A DNA stretch of 64,000 nucleotides from Octopus sinensis (lineage: Eukaryota): positions 82,460,001-82,524,000 of the forward strand of contig NC_043003.1 of assembly GCF_006345805.1 (NCBI RefSeq). Reading direction: 5' to 3'. How positions within the stretch are numbered: position 1 is the stretch's first letter; each line of letters begins with the position of its first letter. The notes under the pieces are model-generated. The model was not told the origin of the DNA and made no database searches. It saw nothing but the letters and a program-made list of their open reading frames with translations. The position numbers and the translations under genes are program-made. Below, piece by piece: positions 36,170 to 49,022 of this stretch.

Positions 36170-36480
36170 ATAACATTAACTGTGAAGCTAAATAGATAAC
36201 AATTAGCCTTGGTACAGCAGGCAGAGTAGAGATCTTGGCCAAGAGAAATGCCTTTGTCATTTTACAGGACCACAAGCCTACTTTTCTCTGTAACCCCAAA
36301 TGCCGCCTGATCAACCTGGTCAAGTCCGAGATTGGCCAGGTGAATAAGCATATACTGAGGAAGATTAATAACGACTTAAAATCACCAATGAGGTGACGCC
36401 ATGGTTTATTGCCAACGAGAGGAGAGGCAGGATTAGGTTTACATAGTTCGACATGGTCAATTTTATCCAGTGTTGTGAGT
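36170..36480 (+). pseudogene. Penelope-type RT N-terminal fragment
   Basis: RVEILAKRNAFVILQDHKPTFLCNPKCRLINLVKSEIGQVNKHILRKINND, matching the KDHKP...CRLINP.KSEIG motif of PLE RTs. Confidence 0.75.
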
Positions 36481-36693
36481 ATTTATTGAGCGAAAACACC
36501 TAAAGCACCACGATGCTCCGACAGGGGGTGGTGCCGATCCCTACTGTACTCTTTCGCCACAACATTCTCTCACTCTTTCTTCTGTTGGCCTGCTCACTTA
36601 GCCAGCCTGGTGGCGTCATTTGAAGGCTAAAACAATGCGAAGCGCATTGTGACCAGCGATAGGTAGCAACATTTGATAAACTGGTCGATCACG

Positions 36694-36756
<63 letters not shown>

Positions 36757-37849
36757 CATACATGCGTGTGTGTGTCTGTGTATATATTTTACGGATTCTA
36801 GACGAAAGAACCGACATCACTATTAACATTTTTAAAACGCTTCTAATTACTGTATTGGTCCCTTAGACTGAACTGCTAAGTTACGAGGACGTAAGCAATT
36901 CGACATTGGTTTTTGAAACTTAAAAATGTTTTACTGTAGAAGTCTGAGAAAAGAATCAAAAGTCCACTATGATTATCAATTATGTTGAAGTATACACACA
37001 CACATACACACGCTCTATCCTCTCTCACAAATACAAACACACAGACACAGTCACACACACATAAACACAGGTTCACATGCACATATATGCACTTACAATT
37101 GTCAAGTAGAACATTTCTAAGCCGTCGCTTAAACGAACAGAAGCAGGAGACAACTTATATATAACTCAAGCCATACTACTTCAAATACTTGAAGAAAAAT
37201 TAGGTAATATAAGCCAGAATGCTCTCGAAGGATTGGTACGGAACCTATGTCTCCTCGATGAGTATTTACCTAGGATTAAATATCACGACAACAACCCTAT
37301 AAGAAACAAAAGCAAATTCAAACGTTTAAAATAAGTTAAACATTTATAAGAATGATTAATGACCTTCCGAATTACTGATAGGCTTTTGAGTATATAACCT
37401 GCAGTGTACAAGATATAAAATTTTGTATTTAAAATGTAAATAAGAAATAACGTTTAATTAATATGATTAAGTAAATTAATAAGTGCAGAGAATAATAGAA
37501 TTAAAGAAATAATTAATTACCTTAAGAAATATATGTATACAGATGCGGATGTATATATACATGCATGTATGTGTGAATGTATGTATATATGTATATGTAT
37601 GTATACATATACATGTATATATAAATTTTATATATATATATAGACAGATAGATAGATAGGTATACAATATACCTATCTCTATACATGATTGTGTGCAAGT
37701 GAATGTTTTATTTTACATGTCTAGTAAACATTTATATATATATCCTCTCTCACAAACACAAACACACAGACACAGTCACACACACATAAACACAGGTTAT
37801 ATATATATAAATAATGCATATATACATAATATAAATAATGCATATATAC

Positions 37850-38960
37850 ATAATACCCCCCCACACACACACAAGTACGCACACACACACACACACACAA
37901 GTACGCACGCACACGCACAAAAACACGCACTTATACATATTCATTTAAAACGATCAATGTTTACACACAGACACACACTGATATATATTTTAAATATATA
38001 CCCAGATTTATCAAATACTTTAAGATATGGATTTTCGAATTATCAAAGTTTCACTGCCTTTAGAGAATGTTTCACAATTACCAAATTTCAATTTAGACCA
38101 GCTCCACTTCAGAATGGTAGAAAATTTCCAGAATCAAGAAATCTCGAACTTCGACATGCCATAAAAAAGACAGGTTTGTCATCTGGAGAACAGAGAACAT
38201 TCTTGAACTGTATGATATTTGATATGCCTGTATTTTTCTACACACCACATGCACTAGCAGTGACCACATCCCAGCACCCACACCGCACACCATTATCCAC
38301 ACACCCACATACCGTCTTTAATAGCGTCACCACACATACTATTATATAAGCAGCCACACGTTCCAGACGCGCCCACACACATTCACACACGGGTACACAC
38401 ATACCCAGATTTGTCAAAGTCACTTCACTCCTACCAACCTACTCTCTTACTTGATACCACCGCCCCTACCCTCATCACAACCTACCTACACATACCCCAC
38501 CGCCCCACACACCACCACACCACACCAATCCACACACCCACACACGATCTTCAATAACGTCACCGCACATATGAGCACCCACAGGTTACAGACACACATA
38601 CACTTACACTGGCACACACCCAGACTTGACAAAGTCACTGGTGCCTATTCGCACACGCACACGCTTTCATATTCATACACACCATTCTCACCTTCAGTTG
38701 GGGGTCACTGTCACTTTATTATCTCCCCTTTTTCCAACTTATTCTTTCAAACTCCTTTTCTAATCAGTCGCCCTGCTTGACCGATAAATCTACAGAGTTT
38801 TTCATTCTCTCTTTTTTTCTCTCTTATTTTTTTCCTTCGTAGAGCGTAAGCTCGGAACGTTAAAGACTTTTTCATTTTTCCCAAGCGTCAAAGTAATACA
38901 CCTGCACGTTGTTCATACACTTGTCTTCGTCTATTTGTTTTTCCATAAATGTCTTCTATA
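37850..38960 (+). mobile_element. Degenerate non-autonomous PLE-type copy (CA-rich body plus pseudo-LTR with decayed HHR at 38831-38865)
   Basis: gagcgtaagctcggaacgttaaagactttttc...agcgtca is homologous to the reverse complement of 55290-55350. Confidence 0.6.
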
Positions 38961-39025
38961 TATATACATATATATATATAAATGAAACAATGGAGTCGAA
39001 CGAAGATGTTAACAAAATTCCTTTA

Positions 39026-39104
39026 CTCTCGACATATGTTTCGAAGACATGTTTTCATTCCAAAGAAATAAAGGGTGCATTATGCAATCTTCTCTTCAGG
39101 AAAG
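39026..39104 (-). ncRNA. Type I hammerhead ribozyme motif with fully canonical core
   Basis: CTTTC-CTGAAGA-GAAGA(40-nt loop)TCTTC-GAAAC-atat-GTC-GAGAG: stem I with one G-U, 5-bp stem II, AC/GT stem III in palindromic ACATATGT, GUC cleavage triplet. Confidence 0.8.
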
Positions 39105-39214
39105 AATGGGAGCTTCTCTCGACAACAAGACAAACAAAAATTTCGATGACTGCCTACATTGTAAACAAATCATCAATGTCGATTTGTTTACCATGTAGGC
39201 AGTCATCGAAATTT

Positions 39215-39296
39215 CTTTCCTGATGAGAAGATTGCATAATGCTCCCTTTATTCCTTTGGAATGAAAACATGTTGTGTTCGAAACCTATGTCGAGAG
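39215..39296 (+). ncRNA. Type I hammerhead ribozyme motif
   Basis: CTTTC-CTGATGA-GAA...TTC-GAAAC-ctat-GTC-GAGAG; inverted partner of 39026-39104. Confidence 0.72.
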
Positions 39297-42200
39297 TAAA
39301 GGAATGTTAACATCTTCGTTCGACTCCATTCTTTCATTTATTCATATACATCACACAAATTTCTGCACATGAACCCGGAGTTTCTACCCTTGGACAGATT
39401 GCTTCAACCGTGTTTCTGACGTGAATTTGCTACCCAGGTTTCGGTTAAACGAATTTTCCATGCTGACGATAAACATAGGATAATTCATTTACCTATTTAT
39501 ATATATATATATATTGTGTGGTCAATTTATGGAATGAAATCTCCTAAAACTCATCAGTTTAGACATAGATGAAGACCAGTTTAAATTTGTAAGTGAATTT
39601 TAATTCATGCACACGATCGTTTCATATAGAGATATAAAAATAATGCAAATTGATGAATGAAATGAATTAGATTAAATTAATTTAATTATATATATCAATA
39701 TACTCTTCAGTGCAGGAAATATAAACAAAATTTACAATGAACTTGAGAAAGGATTTAGCAGAAAAATAAAATGTAGGCGATTCATATTTATCCCTTATGA
39801 GAAAGAGATGCGAGTCAAGTTAAATATTAACTATAACTAAATGCTATAACAGTTATTTGAAAATATAAGCAAGGAGATATCAGAGATGTTCCTTCTAATC
39901 TCCTTACTTATCTATATAAATAAAGTATGATTTGTATTTAAAATAAAGACATAAAAGTACAGAATGATGTGAACATTTTGTGTAGGTGTTTTTGCTTTTG
40001 AGAGCTTCTGAAACGCAAGTATTATAGATTATGCGCATTGTGGAAGTTGTTTTTAGTTACGATGTCTATTTGCGGGTTTAGAATTTGTTTTTTAAGTTAT
40101 TTTCTTTTCATACTTGATCTTTTTGATCCTGTTGATGCCTTCCTTGTGTGCCAGATATTCAAGTTCAAACCTAATGTTTATAACTTAATGCATTTATTTC
40201 GGGTCTACTGTTTAGTTCTAGAAGCATTGTGATTATGTACTTCAGACTGGAAATCTCTGAGTAGATTGTGGTGGATGGAGTTAGCAATGTGCTGGATGCT
40301 CTCTGTTATGCTTCTTCTCTGTTTTAGATTTCACTCACTAGAGTTTGTCCTAACTAGAATATTAAGGTCATCTACATACCTACAGTAAAGCAAACCAGTT
40401 GTGGATTGTTTTCAAATATAGTTCCTCTCTAATTTTCAATTTTAACATTTCCGTTACAAGTTCACAGCCATTAAAAAAACTGCATGCCATGCAAACTTTC
40501 TGCTCTCTTCAAGATGGTGATACGACCCTCGCTGACCGATCGTTGTTAGGAATGCATTCACGTTTTTCTCTGTGCTCCGAGCCAATTTCTGGCCTAAAAT
40601 TTCAACACAGCTCTTTCCACTACTGAATATCAGCATTTCCATACACGGCGTTGAGCATCAAACTTCCGAAATACAAGCAACAACACATCAGATGCAACTA
40701 ATTATACCCATGGAAGTGTCATGATAGCCATTTAAAATACATATAACGTTTTAATCACTTTTATATTTTGTTATATAATATTAAGTATCAAAATCTTTCC
40801 TCGCGCAAGATTGTCATTGAAACTATCATAATTTATATTTTATTACCGGGTAGTTTTTGTTTTCAATGTTTTATTTTCGTCTGGCATTGTATAGCGATAT
40901 ACATTTATGAACTAACACACAATTTGTATTAATAGTAATATTTGTTTATATTTTTTTATGTTCCTGCTCATTATATTTGTTGTGAATTAGTCATGTGTGA
41001 ATATATCCTGATATCTATGACATAAAATAACGGTTCATTCAGTTAAAATGAAATAATAATATAAGACGGTCGTATTAAATTGATTGCATTGTAATAAGAT
41101 TGTCCAAATTCTGTGTATTTCATAGAAAAGTATAACATCTGTTTTTATTCTAGATCGAAGTGATTGCTTATATGAAAGTTGCGAATAAATTTAGTCCCCA
41201 ACGTCTTTTCTCTACTTTGATATGTTGCAAAATAGCGAATATTTCGACACTGAAGCTTATTCAGTTCCAAATTTATCCAAGTTTTACTTTATTGTAACTT
41301 CTTATCAATCACAAAGAATTCAGCCAGGTTACAATACACGAACTCACTGCTCCATATATATGACTCCAAACTCTATTATATAGATGGGTGATAAGACACG
41401 TGCGAGTTTGCTTTTGCATATATATATATGCATAAATATGGGTGTTTCTGGAAAGGGCATGTTTATTTATATTTATAACATGTTGCAGCAATTGCCTGAG
41501 GGAAATTTCAATTCAAATTTATTTTAATTCTTTTCACATTAAATATATTTGTTTAACATATTTACTACGAAGTTATGAAATTACAGTTTCTCAAAGTTAT
41601 TGAAAGATGTGTTGTGGTATTGTACGCGTGATTATATGAGTTTATGTGGAGGAGGTTGCTTCTCTACTTGCTAAATTTTAATCCTCATACATTCATGTGT
41701 TGTTCTTGTGCCGTCTTAAACACGTTCATACATCTGAACTAAGCATAGACAGGAGAGGTATGAGTATCCACGACTTAGGTTTCCAGCGCATATCTTAAGT
41801 TGTTTACTAAATCAGAAATTAGCGAATGTTGATGCAATTTTGCTTTGTTTCCGTTTAAGAGCTGCTAGCAATAAACATACCTTAATTTAGTTTTACCATT
41901 GAGTTCCTTATTTATCCTTTTGTTATTAAGAATAATAGATGCATGGAGATTTCTGTTTCTTCATACAGCTGAAAGGAAGGTGATTTGTATGGTTTCACAG
42001 CATTCAATAAATGCAGTGCGTAATTGTTCGATGAATTGAAGGCTGATTGTTCCAACATATATTCTTCCCAGCTGGGAAGTCAGCTGCGATAGATCAACGT
42101 TATATGCAGATATTTGTAAACTCTCATTCAGTTTCCGCTGAGGACGAGTATAAGAGTCAATTATGTGAAACTTAGATTTCATGTTTTACTATATATACTT

Positions 42201-42639
42201 TTTTTTTCAAATCTAACGATGTTCTTTGTTATAAAGTTAGAAAAGCTGCCTGTACACTATACTTAATACTGTTACTAGAACCTCATGCTGTGGCCAATCA
42301 GTATGAAATAGATATACATATTCCTGTTTTCACTGGACTCCAGATTAACACATATATTGTCTCTAGAGGCGTATGATTTGTTCATAAATTGAATAAGAAA
42401 ATATTCCAAGCCTAGTTATTTTTCTCAGAAAAAGTAATGGAAATGAAACATAGAAATGCATATTAGGCTTACATCATAACTTACAATAAGAATTAACTAG
42501 TTGTAGAATATGTGGAGAACAGTCAGATGTTATTAACGAGCAAGTAAGATTCGTGACATATATTATGCTTTCATTAGTTGTAATAGATCCCTATGTAATC
42601 CTGTGCAGATATAACGAAACTTTCTATGGTATTCAAATT

Positions 42640-42835
42640 TTACCCCGCGGCATATCTAACATGTGGAAGCTAGAAAAGTTAGGTATGCTATTACCCGGTT
42701 GCTACTCATTTACATCTTGGTAAACCAGAGCAAAGTGAAAGGAAATGCTGTTGAAAGACACAACACACCACAGGGAGCAGGAATTGAATGTATGATTTTA
42801 CGCTCTTAATCCCAACCACTAGACTACGAAGCTTC
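42640..42835 (-). mobile_element. Old tRNA-derived SINE fragment (third family)
   Basis: Decayed A/B boxes (tagtctagtgg...cattcaattcc) followed by a cactttgctctgg...tgtaaatgagtagc core. Confidence 0.45.
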
Positions 42836-42867
42836 ACAGCTGACCCAATGACAAGGAATTTGTGTCT

Positions 42868-43295
42868 AAGGCGGCAAGCTGGTAGAAACGTTAGGACGCC
42901 GGGCGAAATGCTTAGCTGTATTTCGTCTGTCTTTACGTTCTGAGTTCAAATTACCCCATGGTCGACTTTGCCTTACATCCTTCCGTGGTCGATAAATTAA
43001 GTACCAGTTACGCACTGGAGTCGATTAATCGACTTAATCCCTTTGTCTGTCCTTGTTTGTCCTCTGTATGTTTAGCCCCTTGTGGACAATAAAGAAATAA
43101 GAAGCGTTAGGACGCCGGGCGAAATGATTAGCTGTTTTTCCTGTCTTTACGTTCAGAGATCAAATTACCCCGTGATAGACTTTGCTTTCATCCTTTCGGG
43201 GTCGATAAATGAAGTACCATTTGCGTACTAGGGTAGAACTAATCGACTGGTCCCCTCCTCAAAATTTCGGGCCTTGTGCCTAGAGTAGAAAATAA
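42868..43295 (+). mobile_element. SINE family A tandem dimer
   Basis: Full copy to about 43100, then a second copy starting gaagcgttaggacgccgggcgaaatg with a different tail. Confidence 0.85.
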
Positions 43296-44440
43296 AAATT
43301 AAATGTGTGTCCTTATAAAAAGAACAACCTTTTACTCTGTTTAAGCGAATGTAAGATAGCAAATATTTTACCTCGAGGATAATACATTAATATTTTAATT
43401 ACAATATTCTTGCCTGGCATAAAAGTGATACCGTTCTGAGGGTTCTTCAAAATATTGTCCAATTAATATCGTTTTAATATATTTTTGTATTTCCCCACCT
43501 AGCAATTGTAGTACTCCCATTTTCTATTTCTTTAAATTAAACCAATCATAACATTATGCTTCCAGCTTTCAACACAATCTGAATGCATCTGCTTAACGAC
43601 CATGTCCTCAAGGATATATGAATTCTCTTATTAGTTATCACTGGTCTGTCTATGCAGTGCAAAATATCTTCAGAGATCATCACAAGTACCATAATTCAAA
43701 ACAGTCAATTAACTTTATTTTCAGGAAACCATAGCTCCTAATTGACAAACTAATTATGGTTAACGATTCCAAACCAATTTGCAAACATTTCTCGTCTAGA
43801 TGCTAATAGCGTTAGCCATTAATTAATCATTATTTAGTAAACTTTAAATACAAACACGAAAATGAATTGTTTATTCGTGAATTATACATAATTAAAAATA
43901 TGCATATGAGTGTGTATGCGCGCTGATGCATAGATAGATAAACAGAAATAGAGAGAGAGAGAGAGAAGGGAAAGAGCATATATATATATATATAGGTAGA
44001 CGTAGTATGCCTGTTAATGTCTACAATGTATGTGTGACGTATGTATGAGTGCGTGGCCCGTCTATGAGTTACGCGGGTGAGTTTACGTTTATATGAAAGC
44101 ACTTGAAATTTAGAAACTAATCAAATTTGTGTGTGTGTGTGTAAGTGTATGTGTCAGTGTTTGTGCGTGTGTATGTACGCGTGTTTGTGGGGGTGTGCGC
44201 GTACTTTTGTATGCTTGCGTGTGACTGAGATGTATGAAGAATTTGTCAAATGAATCTAATATAACGCCTCAAATCCACCCTTGTAACGAAAGGTCATCTT
44301 GTATTGTCTTCTTCATTATTTACAAAGCAGACTTTTCACAGTCCACCGCCGACAGAAAACATTGTAGAATTAGTTTATCTTCCGAATTCCAGATAACAGC
44401 TGTTTTATTCTAACAGTTCCCCACCTACTTTACTCTGTTC

Positions 44441-44670
44441 TTTAAATCTTGTATTCTTTTAATTGCTTCTGTTATTAGACTACGGCCATACTGGGGCACC
44501 AGCTGGACGAATTTTAATCAAATGAATCAACCCCGGGATTTACTCTTTGTAAACCTAGTACTTTTTATTTTGGTGTCTTTTGCCGAAACACTATGTAACG
44601 GGGACGTAAACACACCAGTGTCGGTTGTCAAGCGATGGTGGGGGTAGAAACACAGACACAGCGCAATATA
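44441..44670 (-). mobile_element. SINE family B, 3' half (5' half at 48868-49022)
   Basis: Reverse-complement match to the family B tail. Confidence 0.8.
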
Positions 44671-44743
44671 TATATATATAGTATATATATATAATATATA
44701 TATATATTTGCGCATGTGTCTGTGTTTCCTCTCTATATATATA

Positions 44744-44791
<48 letters not shown>

Positions 44792-44876
44792 AATCCAAAA
44801 GGAAACAAAAAACAACAACAACAGGAACAATTACAGTATTATTATTAATAGGCGCTCAGGAGATGGAAGCAGGGAG

Positions 44877-44911
44877 GTATGACGTTTCGAGCGGAGCTCT
44901 TCGTCGGAAAC
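44877..44911 (-). ncRNA. Minimal hammerhead-like motif (U4C core variant, GUC triplet)
   Basis: GTTT-CCGACGA-a-GAGC(tcc)GCTC-GAAAC-GTC-ATAC. Confidence 0.65.
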
Positions 44912-45079
44912 ATAAAGAAGGAAGAGAGAGGAAAGAAAGATCCCAGAGCGGGCAACAGGGAAAGAAAAAAAGACGACTGGTGTTTACGAGTTGCACATGG
45001 TGAAAGGCGGATGTTGACGAAACAAGAGCAAAGTGGGTTTTTAAAGGCAAAAGAGTGGAGACAAGGTTGGTAACCCAAC

Positions 45080-47850
45080 AGATGTGTGTGTATGTGTGAG
45101 TGTGTGCGTGTGCGTGTGTGTATGTGTGTGTGAGGGCGATGAAAAAACAAAAAAAAAAAAAAAAAAAATATATATGTGTGTTAGTGTGTGCGTCTGTGTG
45201 TAGGCGTGGGGGTAGGGCGAGACTAGTGGTCAGCTAGCAGGCGAGGTCAGTAGTGAGAAAAAGAAGGAAGGAGGAAGGGAGGTCAGTAGTAAGAAAAAGA
45301 AGGAGGAGGAAGGGAGGGAGGGAAGGGGTGGGGGCGTATGTAGCGTGCCAGCGTGTGTTGAGTAGTAGTGTGTGTGTGTGTCCAGTGTCGTGGTGGTATT
45401 AATGGCGGTAGATTGAATGTGTGTAAGAGTGATGTATATATATAGCAAGGTGTGTATATGTTGCGCGTGTGTGTAACGAAAAAGGGGGGGGGGTTAAGGA
45501 AAAAGGACTCCAGCTGAGGGGAAGATGGAAGAGTGGTCCCGCGGAGACAGGCGTGGGAAAACCCAACGACACGCGACGGTCCCAGGAACGGGCGGGAGGT
45601 CTCGTCAGGTCCAAGGGCGAGGTGTATGCGCGCGCATGCAGCGCGAGCCGGCGCAAGTGCGTGTGTGGGCGTGCCTGCGAGTAGTGCGCGTAAGTATGTA
45701 TGTGTGTGGATGTGTGAGTGTGTGTCTGTGTGTATGTCTGGGTGGCAGTGTGTCCGATGAATGTATGTGAGTATGTGTGTATGTATGTGTGTGCATAGAT
45801 GTATGTCCGTGTGTGTGTGTGTGTGTGTATGTGTGTGAGTGTGTATGTATGTACGTGTGGGTGTGGGGAAGTGTGTGTATGTGCATGTGTGTGCGCGTAC
45901 ATACAGGTGTGTGAGTGAGTGTGTGTGTGTGTATGTATGTGTGAGTGTGTATGTATGTGTGTGTCGGATGCATGTATGTGTATGGGTGTATGCATGCGCG
46001 TGTGTATGTATGTGTGTACGTGCGTGTGTGTGTGTGTATGCATGTAGGTGTGCGCGTGTGCATGCATGCATGTGCGTGTGTGTGTGTGTGCATGTGTGTG
46101 GGTATATATGTATGTGCGTATATGTGTGTGTATGTGCGTACATGTGTGTGTGTGTATGCATGTGTGTGTATGTAGGTGTGTAGGCGTGTGTGTATAGGTG
46201 TATGTATGTAAGTATGTGTGGGTGTGTCCGTGTATGTGTGTGTATGTATGTGTGTGTATGTAGGTGTGTGGGCGTGTGTATATGTGTGTGTATGTAGGTG
46301 TGTGGGCGTGTGTATATAGGTGTATGTGTGTATGTCTGGGTGTGTCCGTGCATGTTTGTGTGTGTGTGTGTATGCATGTGTATTGGGTGTGTGTGTACGT
46401 GTGTAATGTATGTGTGTATGCGTGTGTATGCGTGCGTGTGTGTATGTAGGTGCGTGTGTATGTGTGTGGAGTGTAGGTGTGTGTGTGCGTGTGCGTGTTT
46501 ATGTTGGTGTGTGCGTATGTGAGTGTGAGTGTATGGGTGTTTGTCATGCATGTGTGTGCGCGTGCAGGTGAGTTGTGTGTAAGTATGTGTGTGTGTATGT
46601 TTGTGTGAGTGTGTAAGTGTGTATGTCTTTTGTGTGTGTATGTGCGTATAGGAGTATGTGGGTATGTGTGATGTATGTATATGGGTGTATGTATGTATGT
46701 ATGTGTGTGTGCATGTGTATAAGTATATGTGTGTGCGTATGTGTGTACATGTGTATGTGTGTGTGTTTATGTATGTGTGTATGTATGTGTGTAGGCGTGT
46801 GTGTGTAGATGTATGTATGTTCTGGGTGTGTGTCCGTGTGTGTTGTGTGTGTGTGTGTAGGTAGATGTGTGTGTCTGAGTGAGGGTATGGCTGTGTAGGT
46901 GTGTGTGTGTATGAATGTAAGTGTGTGTGTATACAAGTGTAATGTATGTATGTAGGTGTGTGTGTGTGTGTGTATGTGTACGTGTGCGTGTGTATGTGTG
47001 TGTGTGTATGCGTGTGAGTGTGAGTGTATGGGTGTATGTCTGTGTGTGTGTATGTCTGAAGTAGGTATGTATGTGTATGTATGTATGTGTGTGTGTGTGC
47101 AGGTATGTGTGTGTATGTTGTTGTGTGAGTAGGTGTGCGTGTATGTATGTGGGTAGGGATGCATGCGAGTGTGTGGGTATGTATGCATACATGCGTACGC
47201 GCACATCCGAAGCAAGCCACACGCACAAAGCGCGCTCACGCACACAACGCACAAGCAGTACAACGCAAGCCCAAGGGGCCGACCAAGCCCCCAGCGCGCG
47301 CCAAGGCGCGCGAGCGCAAAGGCCCTCGAACAACCCGCTACGCGGGAACCGAGGATCCATCAGCCAAAACCGGAAAGCAGAAAAGAGGGGGGCTGCCTGA
47401 TGCAAAAGGTGTATGTGTGTGTGCATTCAGTGTAAGGGTGTGCATGTGTGGCAAGTATGTATGTATGTGCCTACATGTATGTTTGCATGTGTGTGTGTGA
47501 AGTATGTACGTGCGGTGTGTGTGTGTGTGAGTGTGTGTGTATGTATGTGCGTATGTATGTGTTGTGTATGTTGTATGTATGTCTGTGGTGTGTGTGTGTG
47601 TGTAAGTATGTATGTGTGTGCGTATGTATGTATGTGTGTGTGTATGTGCATGTTGGTTTGTATGTTAGTGTGTGCTAGTATGTCTGTAAGTGTGTGTGAT
47701 TAAATGTGTGAAGTATGTACGTAGATGGGTCTACGTATGTGTGTGTGTGAACAGGCGTGTGGGAGGTAGGTGGTTGGGTGTGTGTGGGAGGTAGGTGGGT
47801 GGGTGTGTGCGTGTGGGAGGCAGGTGGGTGGGTGTGTGTGGTGGTGTGTC
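45080..47850. repeat. Degenerate (TG)n-rich simple sequence with two GC-rich islands
   Basis: Direct inspection. Confidence 0.9.
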
Positions 47851-47880
47851 CAAAAAAAAAAAAAAAAAAAAAAAGAGATC

Positions 47881-48790
47881 TCAAGAGGAGGGGGCTGTGT
47901 TAAGTCCGTGTGGGGTGGTAGTTTGTAGGGTGAAGATGTAGCGTTGCTCCAAGTGGAGCCTGGAAAGTGGGCGACCTTGGTGGGGGGCGAGACCAAACAC
48001 TGAGATGTCATCTAGGGAATGGCCGGCCGAGCGGAAGTGGCGTGCGACGGGAGAAAGAGAGTGTAGGCGAACGTCCCTTAAGTGCTCAGTGAAACGGTCG
48101 GACAACCGGCGTCCCGTCTGTCCTACATACAGCATCCCGCATAGGTTGCATTTAATGCAGTAAATAAGGCAGACGAGGTGCACGTAAAAGAGTGCCTAAT
48201 GCGTACAGTGTGCAGGTTGGAGCCGGTGACAGCGGTGGTGTTGGTGATGAAGGGGCAAGTGTTGCAGCGGGATCTAGAGCAAGGGAATGATCCGTGTGGG
48301 GCTGGGGGAAGGAGAGAGGGTGCTGTGGACCAGGAGGTCACGCAGATTGCGGGCTCGTTTTGAAAGAGGACAGGGTAGGTTAGGGAAAATGGGCGGGTGG
48401 TGGGATCAAGCTGGAGGCGACGGAAGGCACGTAGTATCTTGCGACGAAGGGTAGGGTAGAGGGGTGGAAAAGGAGGGGGAAGGGGTTGCGATTGGGGGGT
48501 GGGCGGGGGGAAGGAGACAGGGCGGTAGTGCGGTCGATGCGACGGGCGCGGGTGAGGGCATCAGAGAGGAGTATGGGTGGGTAGCCTCGGAGTCTGAACA
48601 TGCGGGCCAGGTATTGAGATTGGGTCTCGAAATCCTGGTCGCGGCTGCACAAACGTCGGAGGCGGAGGAACTGGGAGTAGGGGATGGCTCGTTTGGTGTG
48701 GAAGGGGTGGAGGAAGAGAAGTTGAGATAGAGGTGGGAATCCGTTTGTTTAAAAAAAGGCAGTGGTGGTGAGAGATCTGGAGGGGTGATC
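47881..48790 (-). pseudogene. Penelope RT C-terminus plus GIY-YIG endonuclease, frameshifted
   Basis: KQTDSHLYLNFSS, IPYSQFLRLRRLCS, RGYP, FPCSRSRCNTCPF, FTCTSS, LIYCIKCNLCGMLYVGQTGRRLSDRFTEH, VARHF, LEQRYIFTLQTTTPHGLN. Confidence 0.9.
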
Positions 48791-48867
48791 GATGCGGAGA
48801 GAGATATATATATATTTGCGCATGTGTCTGTGTTTCTACCCCCACCATCGCTTGACAACCGACACTG

Positions 48868-49022
48868 CTTCTTTCCGTTTCGGCTACCAAATACACTCAC
48901 AAGAGTTTGGTCGGCCCCGAGGCTATAGTAGAAGATGCTTACCCAAATGCCATGCGGTGAGATTGAGCTTGGAACCATATGGTTGGGAAGCAAGTTATTT
49001 ACCTCACAGCCACGACTGCGCA
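48868..49022 (-). mobile_element. SINE family B, 5' half
   Basis: Reverse-complement match to the family B head. Confidence 0.75.

Larger units (their letters stand above)
38980..39340. repeat. ~360-bp imperfect palindrome (foldback) with a 9-nt loop at 39172-39180
   Basis: The arms pair base for base apart from a ~30-nt insert in the left arm (about 39107-39138). Confidence 0.92.
44790..48800 (-). mobile_element. 5'-truncated Penelope-like retroelement: RT thumb, GIY-YIG endonuclease, 2.8-kb simple-repeat 3' region, HHR-bearing pseudo-LTR
   Basis: Protein motifs at 47881-48790; terminal segment homologous to 11530-11830. Confidence 0.85.

Noticed and set aside
41961-42182. 73-aa minus-strand ORF and a strong plus-strand acceptor near 41969
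   Set aside because: No recognisable motif or partner exon; length is within chance expectation.
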